Shown: positions 1 to 10,700 of the stretch, in pieces
Layout of the letters: each line of letters begins with the position of its first letter
Position numbering within the stretch: position 1 is the stretch's first letter
NCBI GenBank assembly: GCA_950097015.1
Contig: CATNEN010000040.1
Location: forward strand, 186,001-250,000
Length of the DNA stretch: 64,000 nt
From: Macrostomum hystrix
Lineage: Eukaryota > Animalia > Platyhelminthes
Reading direction: 5' to 3'
The notes under the pieces: generated by a model
Databases searched by the model: none
Told to the model about the DNA's origin: nothing
What the model saw: the letters and a program-made list of their open reading frames with translations, nothing else
Translations under genes and position numbers: made by a program

Positions 1-198
1 GTCTGTGTCGAGACATCGCATCGCGCCTGAAGCATTTCAAAGCCTTTCACTCATTCAGAATGGCATTTGAAAAGAGAGCCATAACTACGGTATAAAAATA
101 AACAAAAAAATAAAATATCTGAAATATACAGGATTGAAATCTTGAACGAAATTTTTGGGTAAGCATGCCAGAACAACCTGCCCGCTTCTGCGTAGCCT

Positions 199-662
199 CA
201 TCCGCCCTCCATTTCCCCATCCGCCCTCTATTTCCCCATCCACCCTCCATTTCTTCATCCGCCCTCCATTTCCCCATCCGCCCTCCATTTCCCCATCCGC
301 CCTCCATTTCCCCATCCGCCCTCCATTTCTTCATCCGCCCTCCATTTCCCCATCCGCCCTCCATTTCCCCATCCGCCCTCCATTTCCCCATCCACCCTCC
401 ATTTCCCCATCTGCCCCCCATTTCCCCATCCGCCCTCCATTTCCCCATCCGCCCTCCATTTCCCCATCCGCCCTCCATTTCCCCATCCGCCCTCCATTTC
501 CCCATCCGCCCTCCATTTCCCCATCCGCCCTCTATTTCCACCCATCCGCCCTCCATTTCCCCATCCGACCTCTATTTCCACCCATCCGCCCTCCATTTCC
601 CCATCCGCCCTCCATTTTCCCATCCGCCCTCCATTTCCGCCCATCCCTTGTCCCATCCGCCC
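199..662. repeat. 19-bp minisatellite (CCGCCCTCCATTTCCCCAT)n, about 24 copies
   Basis: Unit read directly; the overlapping Pro/His-rich and Gly/Trp-rich ORFs are translations of the repeat. Confidence 0.95.
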
Positions 663-1261
663 TCTCTTGAGTCTTAATCCCACCCTTCTCGCATTACGAG
701 GGAGCCTAAACCATCCCCAGTGAAAAGGGAAATGGCGAAGTGATTCTAAGTTGTCACTATGCAACAATGCGACAATATTCCTGTTGTCTCAAACTGGCAG
801 CATATCTCATATCGAAATTGAATGCCACCTAATTATCCCAATCCAACATTTATAATTACCAATGTTCTACATTTGCAGTTACCTATTTGAAAAATCCTGC
901 TATCAAATGAAACAAAAACTGTCGAGATAATCCGTTTTGTCATCCAGCTAGCTTTTGGTTGCTAAGGCCTCCAAATAATTCCATTTTGTGAAGAAGCAAG
1001 AAGAATTATGGTGATAATTATTTGTTGCACATTCTCTTCAGTCCTGGCTTTAAAATTAAATTACTTAACAAATGGACAGCGGACATACATTTTTATCTCT
1101 AGTTCTGCGTCATCTTTTGAGTTGGTCATCGAACTTTTGTAAAGTTAGAAATTGTGCTGCTTTCAAAGAAACATGGTAATTTTTCTAAGAAAGGGGGCCA
1201 CTTTTCAAAGAAGCAAAGCAGCACTTTAAACAAAGAAAGCCATTTTAGAAACTGGGAACCT

Positions 1262-1525
1262 TTTTTATGATGTGCAGCCGACAGCACAGCCGCAGCCATT
1301 GCGCGGCGCATCTGAAGGCTGCGTACGGCTGTTCAGTCCATGGACTGAGGGACGCCACACCCACCCTCAATTACCCCAGCTAATGCTGGTACACATTTAA
1401 CAAACTGGGTGAACTGAAGCAACGCAGAGTTAAGTGTCTTGCTAAGGGACACACATTTTTCCAGTGGAGTCGGGAATCGAACCCCCGACCTTCAACGCTC
1501 TAACCACCAGGTGAGGCTACCCCCT
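1262..1525 (-). mobile_element. tRNA-derived CORE-like SINE, near full length
   Basis: Minus strand reads A-box TGGTTAGAGCG, B-box GGTTCGATTCC, then GTGTGTCCCTTAGCAAGACACTTAACTCTGCGTTGCTTCAGTTCACCCAG (resembles the MIR CORE domain as recalled), a 3' tail and an A-run. Related copies at 2565, 18565 and 19375. Confidence 0.8.
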
Positions 1526-2019
1526 CTGTTTTAAATAAAGCGACAAGCGTCACAACAGTGCCAAGTCAAAGAACTAAGCTCCAATTGAAACTGAGCAGTT
1601 TCAGAAACGATGCCATTTTCATAGAAAGACAAAAGCAACTTTCTTTCAGGAGCCATAAAATATTAAATCAGATTCCTCAAGACTCAAATCAAAGAACATC
1701 TGTCATATTTTAATTGCTCTGCCGCACTTCAGAGGATCTGATCAAGCGAGACTCGAGACAACGTGACCTATTATATGCCATACGCATATTCTCATGCTTT
1801 CAAAGCTTCCCATTCTAGGGAACATGGTTCCCATGGGTTGGAGACAAAGTCTTTGTGATTGAATAGAAAGCATATTCATGGCTAAAACTTTGTGATTGAG
1901 TTTAGTTGTGAAGTGTATACAGATAAAACGATAATATGGCCCCAGCCGCTTTTATAAGCAGTTCAGGGGGGTTCTATGACCTCTCCTGGCTGGTCAAACA
2001 CAATTTGTGAGTTTACAAA

Positions 2020-2027
2020 CGTGGGAA
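2020..2027 (+). promoter_or_regulatory. Single Su(H)/CSL consensus site CGTGGGAA about 1.25 kb upstream of the HES-like gene
   Basis: Exact match to YGTGRGAA; HES genes are canonical Notch targets. One 8-mer could be chance. Confidence 0.35.
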
Positions 2028-2564
2028 AAGGGAGAGAGGGAAGAGAGAAGGGGAAATAAACCTATTAGTCACATTTATCATTACACAATGTCCTTGGAAT
2101 ACCCGGGCACTGAATCACTTATCGAGAATAGAATGGTGAAATTCTGTCAGTTTTTATCAGATGTTGCTCTGCTTTTTTAAAGCAACCAAAAATGCAGCCG
2201 TATGAAAAGTACCTTAGATCTTTGATAGATTCAAGTACTAAAGTAGAAGAATCACTTAAAGAGCATATTGGATGCAATCTCAGCATATCACTATAGCATT
2301 GCAACACCAGATGGCAACAATCAATTTACTTATAAAATATGCTTTTGTGGAGTGGCAAAGTTTTTGGCTGATTAAATTCCGCACTACAGCACCGCAAAAT
2401 AAGCGGGGTGAAATGACACGGGAGTCCAACAGCTGTGCGCAGGCTGTGACACCTCATCACCTGCAAGCTATCATAGCGATTTCAAGTATTAGGCCTGCTT
2501 CATTGATCATTAGAGGCCAGATATTCTAGTCCTAGTGGTTCCCTGTGTTCTCATCCTTTATTAT

Positions 2565-2668
2565 CTTTGCGGTGGTTAGAGCGTTGGAATCACGACTTGA
2601 AGGTCGGGGGTTCGATTCCCGACTCCACTGGAACAAATTGTGTCCCTCAGCAAGATACTTATCTCTTG
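2565..2668 (+). mobile_element. 3'-truncated copy of the same SINE (tRNA-like head plus start of core)
   Basis: GGTGGTTAGAGCGTTGG...GAAGGTCGGGGGTTCGATTCCCGACTCCACTGGAA...TGTCCCTCAGCAAGATACTTA, nearly identical to the reverse complement of 1440-1510. Confidence 0.8.
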
Positions 2669-3082
2669 CCCGATCGGGGCAGGTGCAATTAAAATTATTA
2701 TAAGTACAATTATAATATAATAAAGGACAATATTGCAAAATGATCATTACAATTACATTACCACACAAACAGGAAAAAAACTAGAACAATTACTAAGCAG
2801 AAATTTTTTGAAGTGAGCAACAATTCACCCAATAGAATATCAAATTCAAGCAGTGTTTCTAGGACATAGAACTGATTTCTAAGAAGGCAGAGATAATTAG
2901 GGCTTGCATTCTGTTCCACCTGAGCGAGTCCAGGATGAGACCCTGTCCCAATTTGTGGAAGAAATCGATAGGCTTTGTCACACCCGAATCAATCTAATTG
3001 GCCACTCTACACAATCAGCTGTTTTCCCCACTGTCCAATGTCTCCCCAGGTTTAATTGCGCAGCAACTCCCCAGAAGAGGCC

Positions 3083-3190
3083 CACGCGGTGGTCGCATGC
3101 CGGCCTCGCGGATTGGTTGAAACTCGAGACGGGACCGCCACCAGGACACAGCGGGCAATGGGGGGTTGGCGGTGGGGGGGTACTTATAAA
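3083..3190 (+). promoter_or_regulatory. Core promoter of the HES-like gene: class C site CACGCG (3083-3088), reverse CCAAT (3112-3116), TATAAA (3185-3190)
   Basis: Motifs read directly 80-190 bp upstream of ATG 3270; CACGCG is a known Hairy/HES binding site, so autorepression is possible. Confidence 0.55.
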
Positions 3191-3269
3191 CTCTTGCGGC
3201 GGCCGGTCAATTGCGAAATTTCGAGCTCCGAATTAAAAAAACCCACGATCCACACGCCTAGTAACATAG

Positions 3270-3560
3270 ATGGAGCATAGGAGAATCAGCAAGCAGGTGA
3301 TGGAGCGGCAGCGCAGAGCCAGAATTAATGCCAGCTTGGACAGACTCAAACAGCTGCTGCAGGCCAACAAGCTGGTGGACCCGGACCGGATTCAGCGCCT
3401 AGAGAAGGCCGACATCCTGGAGCTGACTGTGGCGCTGCTCCTGAATGGCTCAGCCAAGACTCAATCTGCGGCCATGAGCTTCTGCTGCAAGTCTTCGGCC
3501 TCATCAACGGTGTCGGCTTTGTCTACTGACGAAGAATCTAGCCAGTCGATGGACCAGCAT

Positions 3561-3592
<32 letters not shown>

Positions 3593-3746
3593 GCAGCAGA
3601 ATCAGCAGTGCCTCGGACAGATCAAAAGCGTGTCGGATCCATCACGCAGGCCGCTCTCTACAATGGACAATCATCGCCAGTTGCAGCGGCACCAACACGG
3701 TCACCATTGCCAGGAGGGAGCCCAGCCTGTGTGGCGTCCTTGGTAA
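3270..3746 (+). CDS. hes: Hairy/Enhancer-of-split family bHLH repressor, single exon, 158 aa, C-terminal WRPW
   Basis: bHLH RRISKQVMERQRRARINASLDRLKQLL...LEKADILELTV matches the HES consensus; ends in the Groucho/TLE-binding WRPW; poly-Q tract; AATAAA at 4236-4241. Confidence 0.93.
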
Positions 3747-4609
3747 CCGGCCCCTGGCAACAGCATGCGGCATTCCGAGTCAATTTCGTCAATTTGTTTC
3801 GTTGTTTTGTTATTTAGTTGCCATGGCTTGGTGCTTTAAACTAATTATGAGTTGTTACCTGGTCGAAGCAAATTTGAATTTACATATCTTTGAGTGCAGT
3901 GCCTTTCCTTGCACCAAAAAACTGGCGGTCAGTCGAGTCCCAAATCTTCCCTTGAATTTTTTCTACATGTTTGTTATTGTCGGTGCATTCAAAGCCTTGA
4001 ATATGTTAATTATTTTTTAACTTTACTGCTCCAATTTAAATGGTACAGTTTACACAGACTCACTCAATTCATTCAAGTGCAATCGAAATGTGCTCACTTG
4101 CTGGCTTTCAGTTTTACTGCAGCGCGACATCAGCATCTTTTCATTATTACAAGTGTTTTGTTACAACAATGTGCATTAATTTTCAATCCTGTGCTTTCGG
4201 TCTCAAATTACTTTGATTTTGTTTTCATTTTAGTCAATAAAAATCACTTCAATTTTGCTTACTGTGGGCGCACAATGTCACACTGATTTCATCACGATGC
4301 ACTGCTACGTATGTTGTGTACCGACTGAACACATTTTAATGTTTAAAACTTATTATTTCACTAATACAAATCATTAAATAAATATGTCTATAAATATATG
4401 CAGAGTTAGAGTGACTAAGCATGCCAAACTTTACTGGTGCCTAAGAGAGAAATCAACTAACGGAAAATAAAGAATCAAATGCTTTCACTGTCAATTATTT
4501 TACTTGATTTCTTTCTGACTTGCTCATGCCATTTTAAAGAAATGACTTCCCTGTACACCTGCATGGGAACATTCGTAACTACAATGCAACTCGGATACCT
4601 GCGAAATAT

Positions 4610-5375
4610 ACTGCATCTCACTAACCCACTTCCTCTCACCCTACTGCATCTCACTACCACACTTCCTCTCACCCTACTGCATCTCACTACCACACTTCCT
4701 CTCACCCTACTGCATCTCACTACCCCACTTCCTCTCACCCTACTGCATCTCACTACCCCACTTCCTCTCACCCTACTGCATCTCACTACCACACTTCCTC
4801 TCACCCTACTGCATCTCACTACCACACTTCCTCTCACCCTACTGCATCTCACTACCACACTTCCTCTCACCCTACTGCATCTCACTACCACACTTCCTCT
4901 CACCCTACTGCATCTCACTACCACACTTCCTCTCACCCTACTGCATCTCACTACCACACTTCCTCTCACCCTACTGCATCTCACTACCACACTTCCTCTC
5001 ACCCTACTGCATCTCACTACCACACTTCCTCTCACCCTACTGCATCTCACTATCCCACTTCCTCTCACCCTACTGCATCTCACTACCACACTTCCTCTCA
5101 CCCTATTGCTCTCCCTCTCACCCTACTGCTCTCCCTCTCACCCTACTGCTCTCCCTCTTACCCCACTGCTTTCACTCTCACCCTATTGCTCTCTCGCTCT
5201 CACCCTACTGCTCTCCCGCTCACCTTACTGCTCTCCCTCTCACTCTACCTCACTTCATTTCACTGTACCTCATTTCATGTCCACTCTACTGCTCTCCCTC
5301 TCACTCTACTGCACCCCTCGCACTCTACTGCTCTCCCTCTCACTCTACTGCACCCCTCACACTCAACTGCTCTCC
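4610..5375. repeat. 33-bp minisatellite (ACTGCATCTCACTACCACACTTCCTCTCACCCT)n, about 15 copies, grading into a degenerate ~20-bp CT-rich array after ~5105
   Basis: Unit read directly; 11-aa periodicity in the ORF track. Confidence 0.93.
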
Positions 5376-6112
5376 CTCTCCAAGTTGATTGAAGCCCATA
5401 GTTACCCATACTTCATATAGGTATTTTTGCATAGCGACTGATTCGCTATAGTTAACGGGCGGTGCGAAAGTGAGCCGCCACAGTCCGTTCTTTATCCTTT
5501 CCATTGTCCTTCCATTGCCTTGGCAGTTTCCATGACAAATTCTACCACTAAGCTGCTAAGGTGCGAATGGGGATCAGACACGCGCAGGCGAATACGATCC
5601 CGGGCGTGACGCAATCGGCTCTCATAGCCTAGTTAGGATACTGTCGGGGGGCATAGATAGAATAACACCACTATCACAATGGGCCTCATCTAGTTACTAA
5701 TTCGTTCAATTGTTATCCCATTCACTGCTCGCCCAGGGTTTCAATAGTTAAGTCCCACCAGACCAATTTCACACCTTGCCAGTCGCGCGCCCAAAAATAG
5801 TGAGAAGCGTGCCAACCTCCTCACGCGCAACATTATAGCCTCATCCCCAAATTTCTCCCATGCTATTTTTTAGTCACCTTGGCGATTGTGTCTCGACTGG
5901 CGATTGTGCAACCTACTCTAGAGGGGGGAAATCAAGAAAAAACATATAGATGGCATGGCAAGTCGATGAAGCGCGAGTCAAGTTCATTAATAAGCTCATT
6001 TGAGCTGTCTAATTGTTCTAGCTAATTCAACCAGTAATATGCCTCTCTAAACCAGCAAATTATAATATCTGCTACCGAACTCCACTATACTTCAAAGACC
6101 TACCACTCTACC

Positions 6113-6520
6113 AGGTGTTAGGGAGGGTGTTCAGCAGCAGATGTCAGGATGTCAGCAGCAGGTGTCAGGGTGTCAGCAGCAGATTTCAGGGTGTCATCAG
6201 AAGGTGTCAGGGTGTCATCAACAGGTGTCTGTGTGTCAGCAGCAGATTCAGGGTGTCAGCAGCAGATTCGGGGTGTCAGCTGCAGATGTCGGGGTGTCAG
6301 CTGCAGATGTCTGGGTGTCAGCAGCAGATGTCAAGATGTCAGCAGCAGGTGTCAGGGTGTCAGCAGCAGATGTGAGGGTGTCAGCAGCAGGTGTCAGGGT
6401 GTCAGCAGCAGATGTCAGGGTGTCAGCAGCAGGTGTCTGGGTGTCAGCAGCAGGTGTCAGGGTGTCAGCAGCAGGTGTCAGGGTGTCAGCAGCAGGTGTC
6501 AGGGTGTCAGCAGCAGGTGT
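6113..6520. repeat. 21-bp minisatellite (GGGTGTCAGCAGCAGGTGTCA)n, about 19 copies
   Basis: Unit read directly; 7-aa periodicity (VRVSAAG). Confidence 0.95.
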
Positions 6521-7162
6521 AAGTACTGATTATAAACAAAGATTAAAGTCTCAGCATTTTGAAAAATAAGTTGATTGATTTTAGCATGTCTAGATAATCA
6601 CAATAATCCCAAGGATAACTATAACATTATATATTGTTAAATTACTCAGCAAAGCTATAAAAAAGCAAAAAAACACAAGACATCACAAAAAATTGAAAAA
6701 ATGGAAACATTGTTATTAGAAAAGGGAGAGAAAAATGCAGATGAGCATAGCATGTTAATAAAAATTGGAAATTTAAGGCAATGTTCTTAGAGCAGCCATA
6801 CGCTATAAGTAGTTACACAGACTAATATGTATTTTGAGACGTTAATATTAAATACTTACAATAACAAAGTAAACGCGAGGAGTAACTATACCCATAGCCT
6901 TATACCCAAGTGCATCGTCATCTCCTTTGTGTTTAATTACGTTTTGTACAAAAAATTGGAACTCACAGCTAATGTTACAGACGATAAGTAAAATGAACAA
7001 AACATCAAGCAAGGCTGTATAGTTTACCAGGACGGAATTGTTGAGCACTGTATTAAATACACTACTTTGAGTAGTGAGCCCAGGCAACTTTCTTATTTCA
7101 ATAGAAATTCTCATGCTAGTTTCGTGACTAGCACCGGAAATCACAGAAATTGTAACTTCGTA

Positions 7163-7760
7163 CTCAATCTAGCTAGCTTCCCACATCCCAATCTAGTTAG
7201 CATTCCACATCCCAATCTAGTTAGCTTTCCACATCTCAATCTAGTTAGCTTCTCACATCCCAATCTAGTTAGCTTCCACACATCCCAATCTAGCTAGCTC
7301 TCCACATCCCAATCTAGTTAGCTTCTCACATCCCAATCTAGTTAGCTTCTCACATCCCAATCTAGTTAGCATTCCACATCCCAATCTAGCTAGCTTCCCA
7401 CATCCCAATCTAGTTAGCATTCCACATCCCAATCTAGTTAGCTTCCCACATCCCAATCTAGTTAGCTTCCACACATCCCAATCTAGCTAGCTTTCCACAT
7501 CCCAATCTAGTTAGCTTCCCACATCCCAATCTAGTTAGCATTCCACATCCCAATCTAGTTAGCTTTCCACATCCCAATCTAGTTAGCTTTCCACATCCCA
7601 ATCTAGTTAGCATTCCACATCCCAATCTAGTTAGCTTTCCACATCCCAATCTAGTTAGCTTCCCACATCCCAATCTAGTTAGCTTCCCACATCCCAATCT
7701 AGCTAGCTTCCCACATCCCAATCTAGTTAGCTTCCCACATCCCAATCTAGTTAGCTTCTC
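7163..7760. repeat. 24-bp minisatellite (TTCCCACATCCCAATCTAGTTAGC)n, 24 full copies, starting about 20 bp after the CCDC148 stop
   Basis: Unit read directly; 8-aa periodicity (KLTRLGCG). Confidence 0.96.
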
Positions 7761-7780
7761 AATTTCCATTGACAAAGGAG

Positions 7781-10700
7781 TCACTGCTGCTGCTGCTGCT
7801 GCTCAAACTTGAACACGGTGGACACCTGGTCGCGCCTGTACTTCTCTAGCGGGCCGGCCTGCCTTCGCAGCAGCTCCTTGGCGTAGTCGTTGCCCATCAG
7901 GCCGGCCTGCCGCAGGGCGCCCTCAAGCCGCACCCGCGGATCTGTCAGGATCTGCCGATCGGTGAAGGTGGTCGTGGTGGGACCTGGGAAGGCCGGCTCG
8001 ACTGCAGCCTCGTCGACGCCGTCCTCGTCCGCCGAGGAGTGGCCGCGACGCCGGTGATGCAGCTTGGAGGCCGCGGTGTCGCCGGTGGCTCGTTCGATGT
8101 CGGGCAGCACGCGAGGTCGGACGAGTTCGCGCAGGTGCTCAAGCCGCTCCTCCCGCTGCACCTCCGCGTCCGCCTGGGAAGTCGGGGAGGGCCTCATTGG
8201 ATTCCCCAACAGTCTCAAAGATCTCATGGATCCACTAACCAATCACTCTACTTCTCCCATCTACCAATCACTCTACTTCTCCCATCTACCAATCACTCTA
8301 CTTCTCCCATCTACCAATCACTCTACTTCTCACATCTACCAATCACTCTACTTCTCCCATCTACCAATCACTCTACTTATCCCATCTACCAATCACTGTA
8401 CTTCTCCCATCTACAAATCACTCTACTTCTCCCATCTACCAATCACTCTACTTCTCCCATCTATCAATCACTCTACATATCCCATCTACCAATCACTCTA
8501 CTACTCCCATCTACCAATCACTCTACTTATCCCATCTACCAGCCACTCCACTTCTCACATCTACCAATCACTCTACTTCTCCCATCTAACAACCACTCTA
8601 CTTCTCACATCTACCAGCCACTCCACTTCTCACATCTACCAAACATCCAAATTATTCAACCTACCAAGCAAACTACTTCACCCGCCTATCGATTGCTCTA
8701 CTTCTGACACTCACGTTCCGCATTACTCAAAGCTTCAAAGCCAATCAAACCAGCAGCTCTGGTGGTCACCTGCTGCTCCGCCCGCATCCGCTCAGCCTCC
8801 AGCCTCCGGCTGCGCTCCTCCCGCCTGTAGCCGATCCGCTGAGCGTCCCGCTCGGCCTGCTCCCTCAGCTGCTGCTTCAGCTGCTCCAGTCGGGCCTCCT
8901 CGCGGGCCGCCGCCTCGCCCCGAAGCCGCTCCTTCTCCTGCTGATAATTGGACAGCCGGCGGCGCTGCTGCTGACGCAAGCGCTCCTCGCGCTCGGCCTC
9001 CTGACGCTCGCGCTCTTCGCGCTCCTGACGACGTCGCTCGTCGGCGCGCAGCTCGAGCTGGGCCTCCTCCTCCTTCTGTTGGCGCCACACGCGCAGCTTC
9101 TCGGATAGGACGGCGCGCAGGGCATCCCGCTTGTCACGCTCACCTGGCAGGGGTATTAACAATTAAACCACTTACTAGCAAACCTACCAATCTACCTACT
9201 CATCTACCAACCTTTCCTTTATAATATACCTAATTATCTACCAATCGACCAAATTATCTAACTACCCTGCTAGTCTACCTATCTTATCTACCTACCTATC
9301 TACCAATCTATCTACCCACTATCTAGCTACAAATCTACCAACCAGTATACCTACATGCACCTGTCAATCAGCTAAAGTTCCCTAGCAATCTACCCACCTT
9401 CCTTATGCGCATCATCCTCCTCGTGCTGCCAGGCCTGGGCAAACGTGGCCTCCACCCTGAGTAGCAGTTCCGCTCGGGCCCTTCGCCAGCTGGCCGCGAG
9501 GGTGTGCCGCCGCTCGCACCAGGCCCGCCAGCCTGTCAGCCAATCACCGTGCTCTGCCAGTTGCTGCCTGGTCCTGGTAGGGAAGGTCCTCTCTAGGCGG
9601 TCGGAGCACAGCGAGTGCCGGTTGAGCACGGCAGGTCCGGTCAGGTATTCGTCTCTGATGAGCTCGTACAGCCGGTGCTCCGACTCTGGCCAGCCACCGT
9701 GCGGAGCGCGAGACAAAATCTGGCCGAATTTTTCTCTTAACTCGGCTAGCCGCTCCAGGTAGCGCTGATCCAGCAGGATGAACTCCTGCAGTGCCTCGGC
9801 CTTCAGATCGTCTGACGGGCACTCTAGATCCCAGGCCTCCTCCGGGATGCCTGGCGGCGAGGGGGTTGGGCGAAACAGAGCGATTGAATGCCTTCTCGTA
9901 GGGACTCGTGGTTAGCTGAGAAGGCAAAAATCAGGGAAGGATTCAAACCAGAAGGTAGATAGTTGCGGGATACTAGGGTGGATAGAAGGGTAGATAAGGA
10001 CAGACATTAGGTAGACAGTTCCGGGGATACTAGAGTAGATAAGGACAGACATTAGGTAGACAGTTCCGGGGATACTAGGGTAGATAGAAGGGTAGATAAG
10101 GACAGACATTAATTAGGTAGATAGTTGCGGGATACTAGGGTAGATAGAAGGGTAGATAAGGACAGACATTAATTAGGTAGATAGTTGCGGGATACTAGGG
10201 TAGATAGAAGGGTAGATAAGGACAGACATTAGGTAGATAGTTGCGGGATACTAGGGTAGATAGAAGGGTAGATAAGGACAGACATTAGGTAGATAGTTGC
10301 GGGATACTAGGGTAGATAGAAGGGTAGATAAGGACAGACATTAGGTAGATGGTTGCGGGATACTAGGGTAGATAGAAGGGTAGATAAGGACAGACATTAA
10401 TTAGGTAGATAGTTGCGGGATACTAGGGTAGATAGAAGGGTAGATAAGGACAGACATTAGGTAGATAGTTGCGGGATACTAGGGTAGATAGAAGGGTAGA
10501 TAAGGACAGACATTAGGTAGATAGTTGCGGGATACTAGGGTAGATAGAAGGGTAGATAAGGACAGACATTAGGTAGATAGTTGCGGGATACTAGGGTAGA
10601 TAGAAGGGTAGATAAGGACAGACATTAGGTAGATAGTTGCGGGATACTAGGGTAGATGGAAAAGTAGATAAGCTGATCTACTTTAGCCAGAGAAGACTAA

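Noticed and set aside
1262-1525. Hammerhead ribozyme in the SINE (as in schistosome repeats)
   Set aside because: No CTGANGA...GAAA core found on either strand by eye.
2565-2640. Possible tRNA gene
   Set aside because: A and B boxes are present but there is no convincing acceptor stem or cloverleaf, and it continues into the SINE core shared with other copies.
3747-4400. K-box, Brd-box or GY-box miRNA sites typical of E(spl) 3' UTRs
   Set aside because: Only near matches (TGCTTTA, ATCTTCC); no exact TGTGAT, AGCTTTA or GTCTTCC seen by eye.
9851-9916. Upstream acceptor TTCTCAG at 9916 for CCDC148 exon 3
   Set aside because: It puts the exon out of the conserved LECP frame and into a stop; the acceptor at 9851 restores frame and homology.
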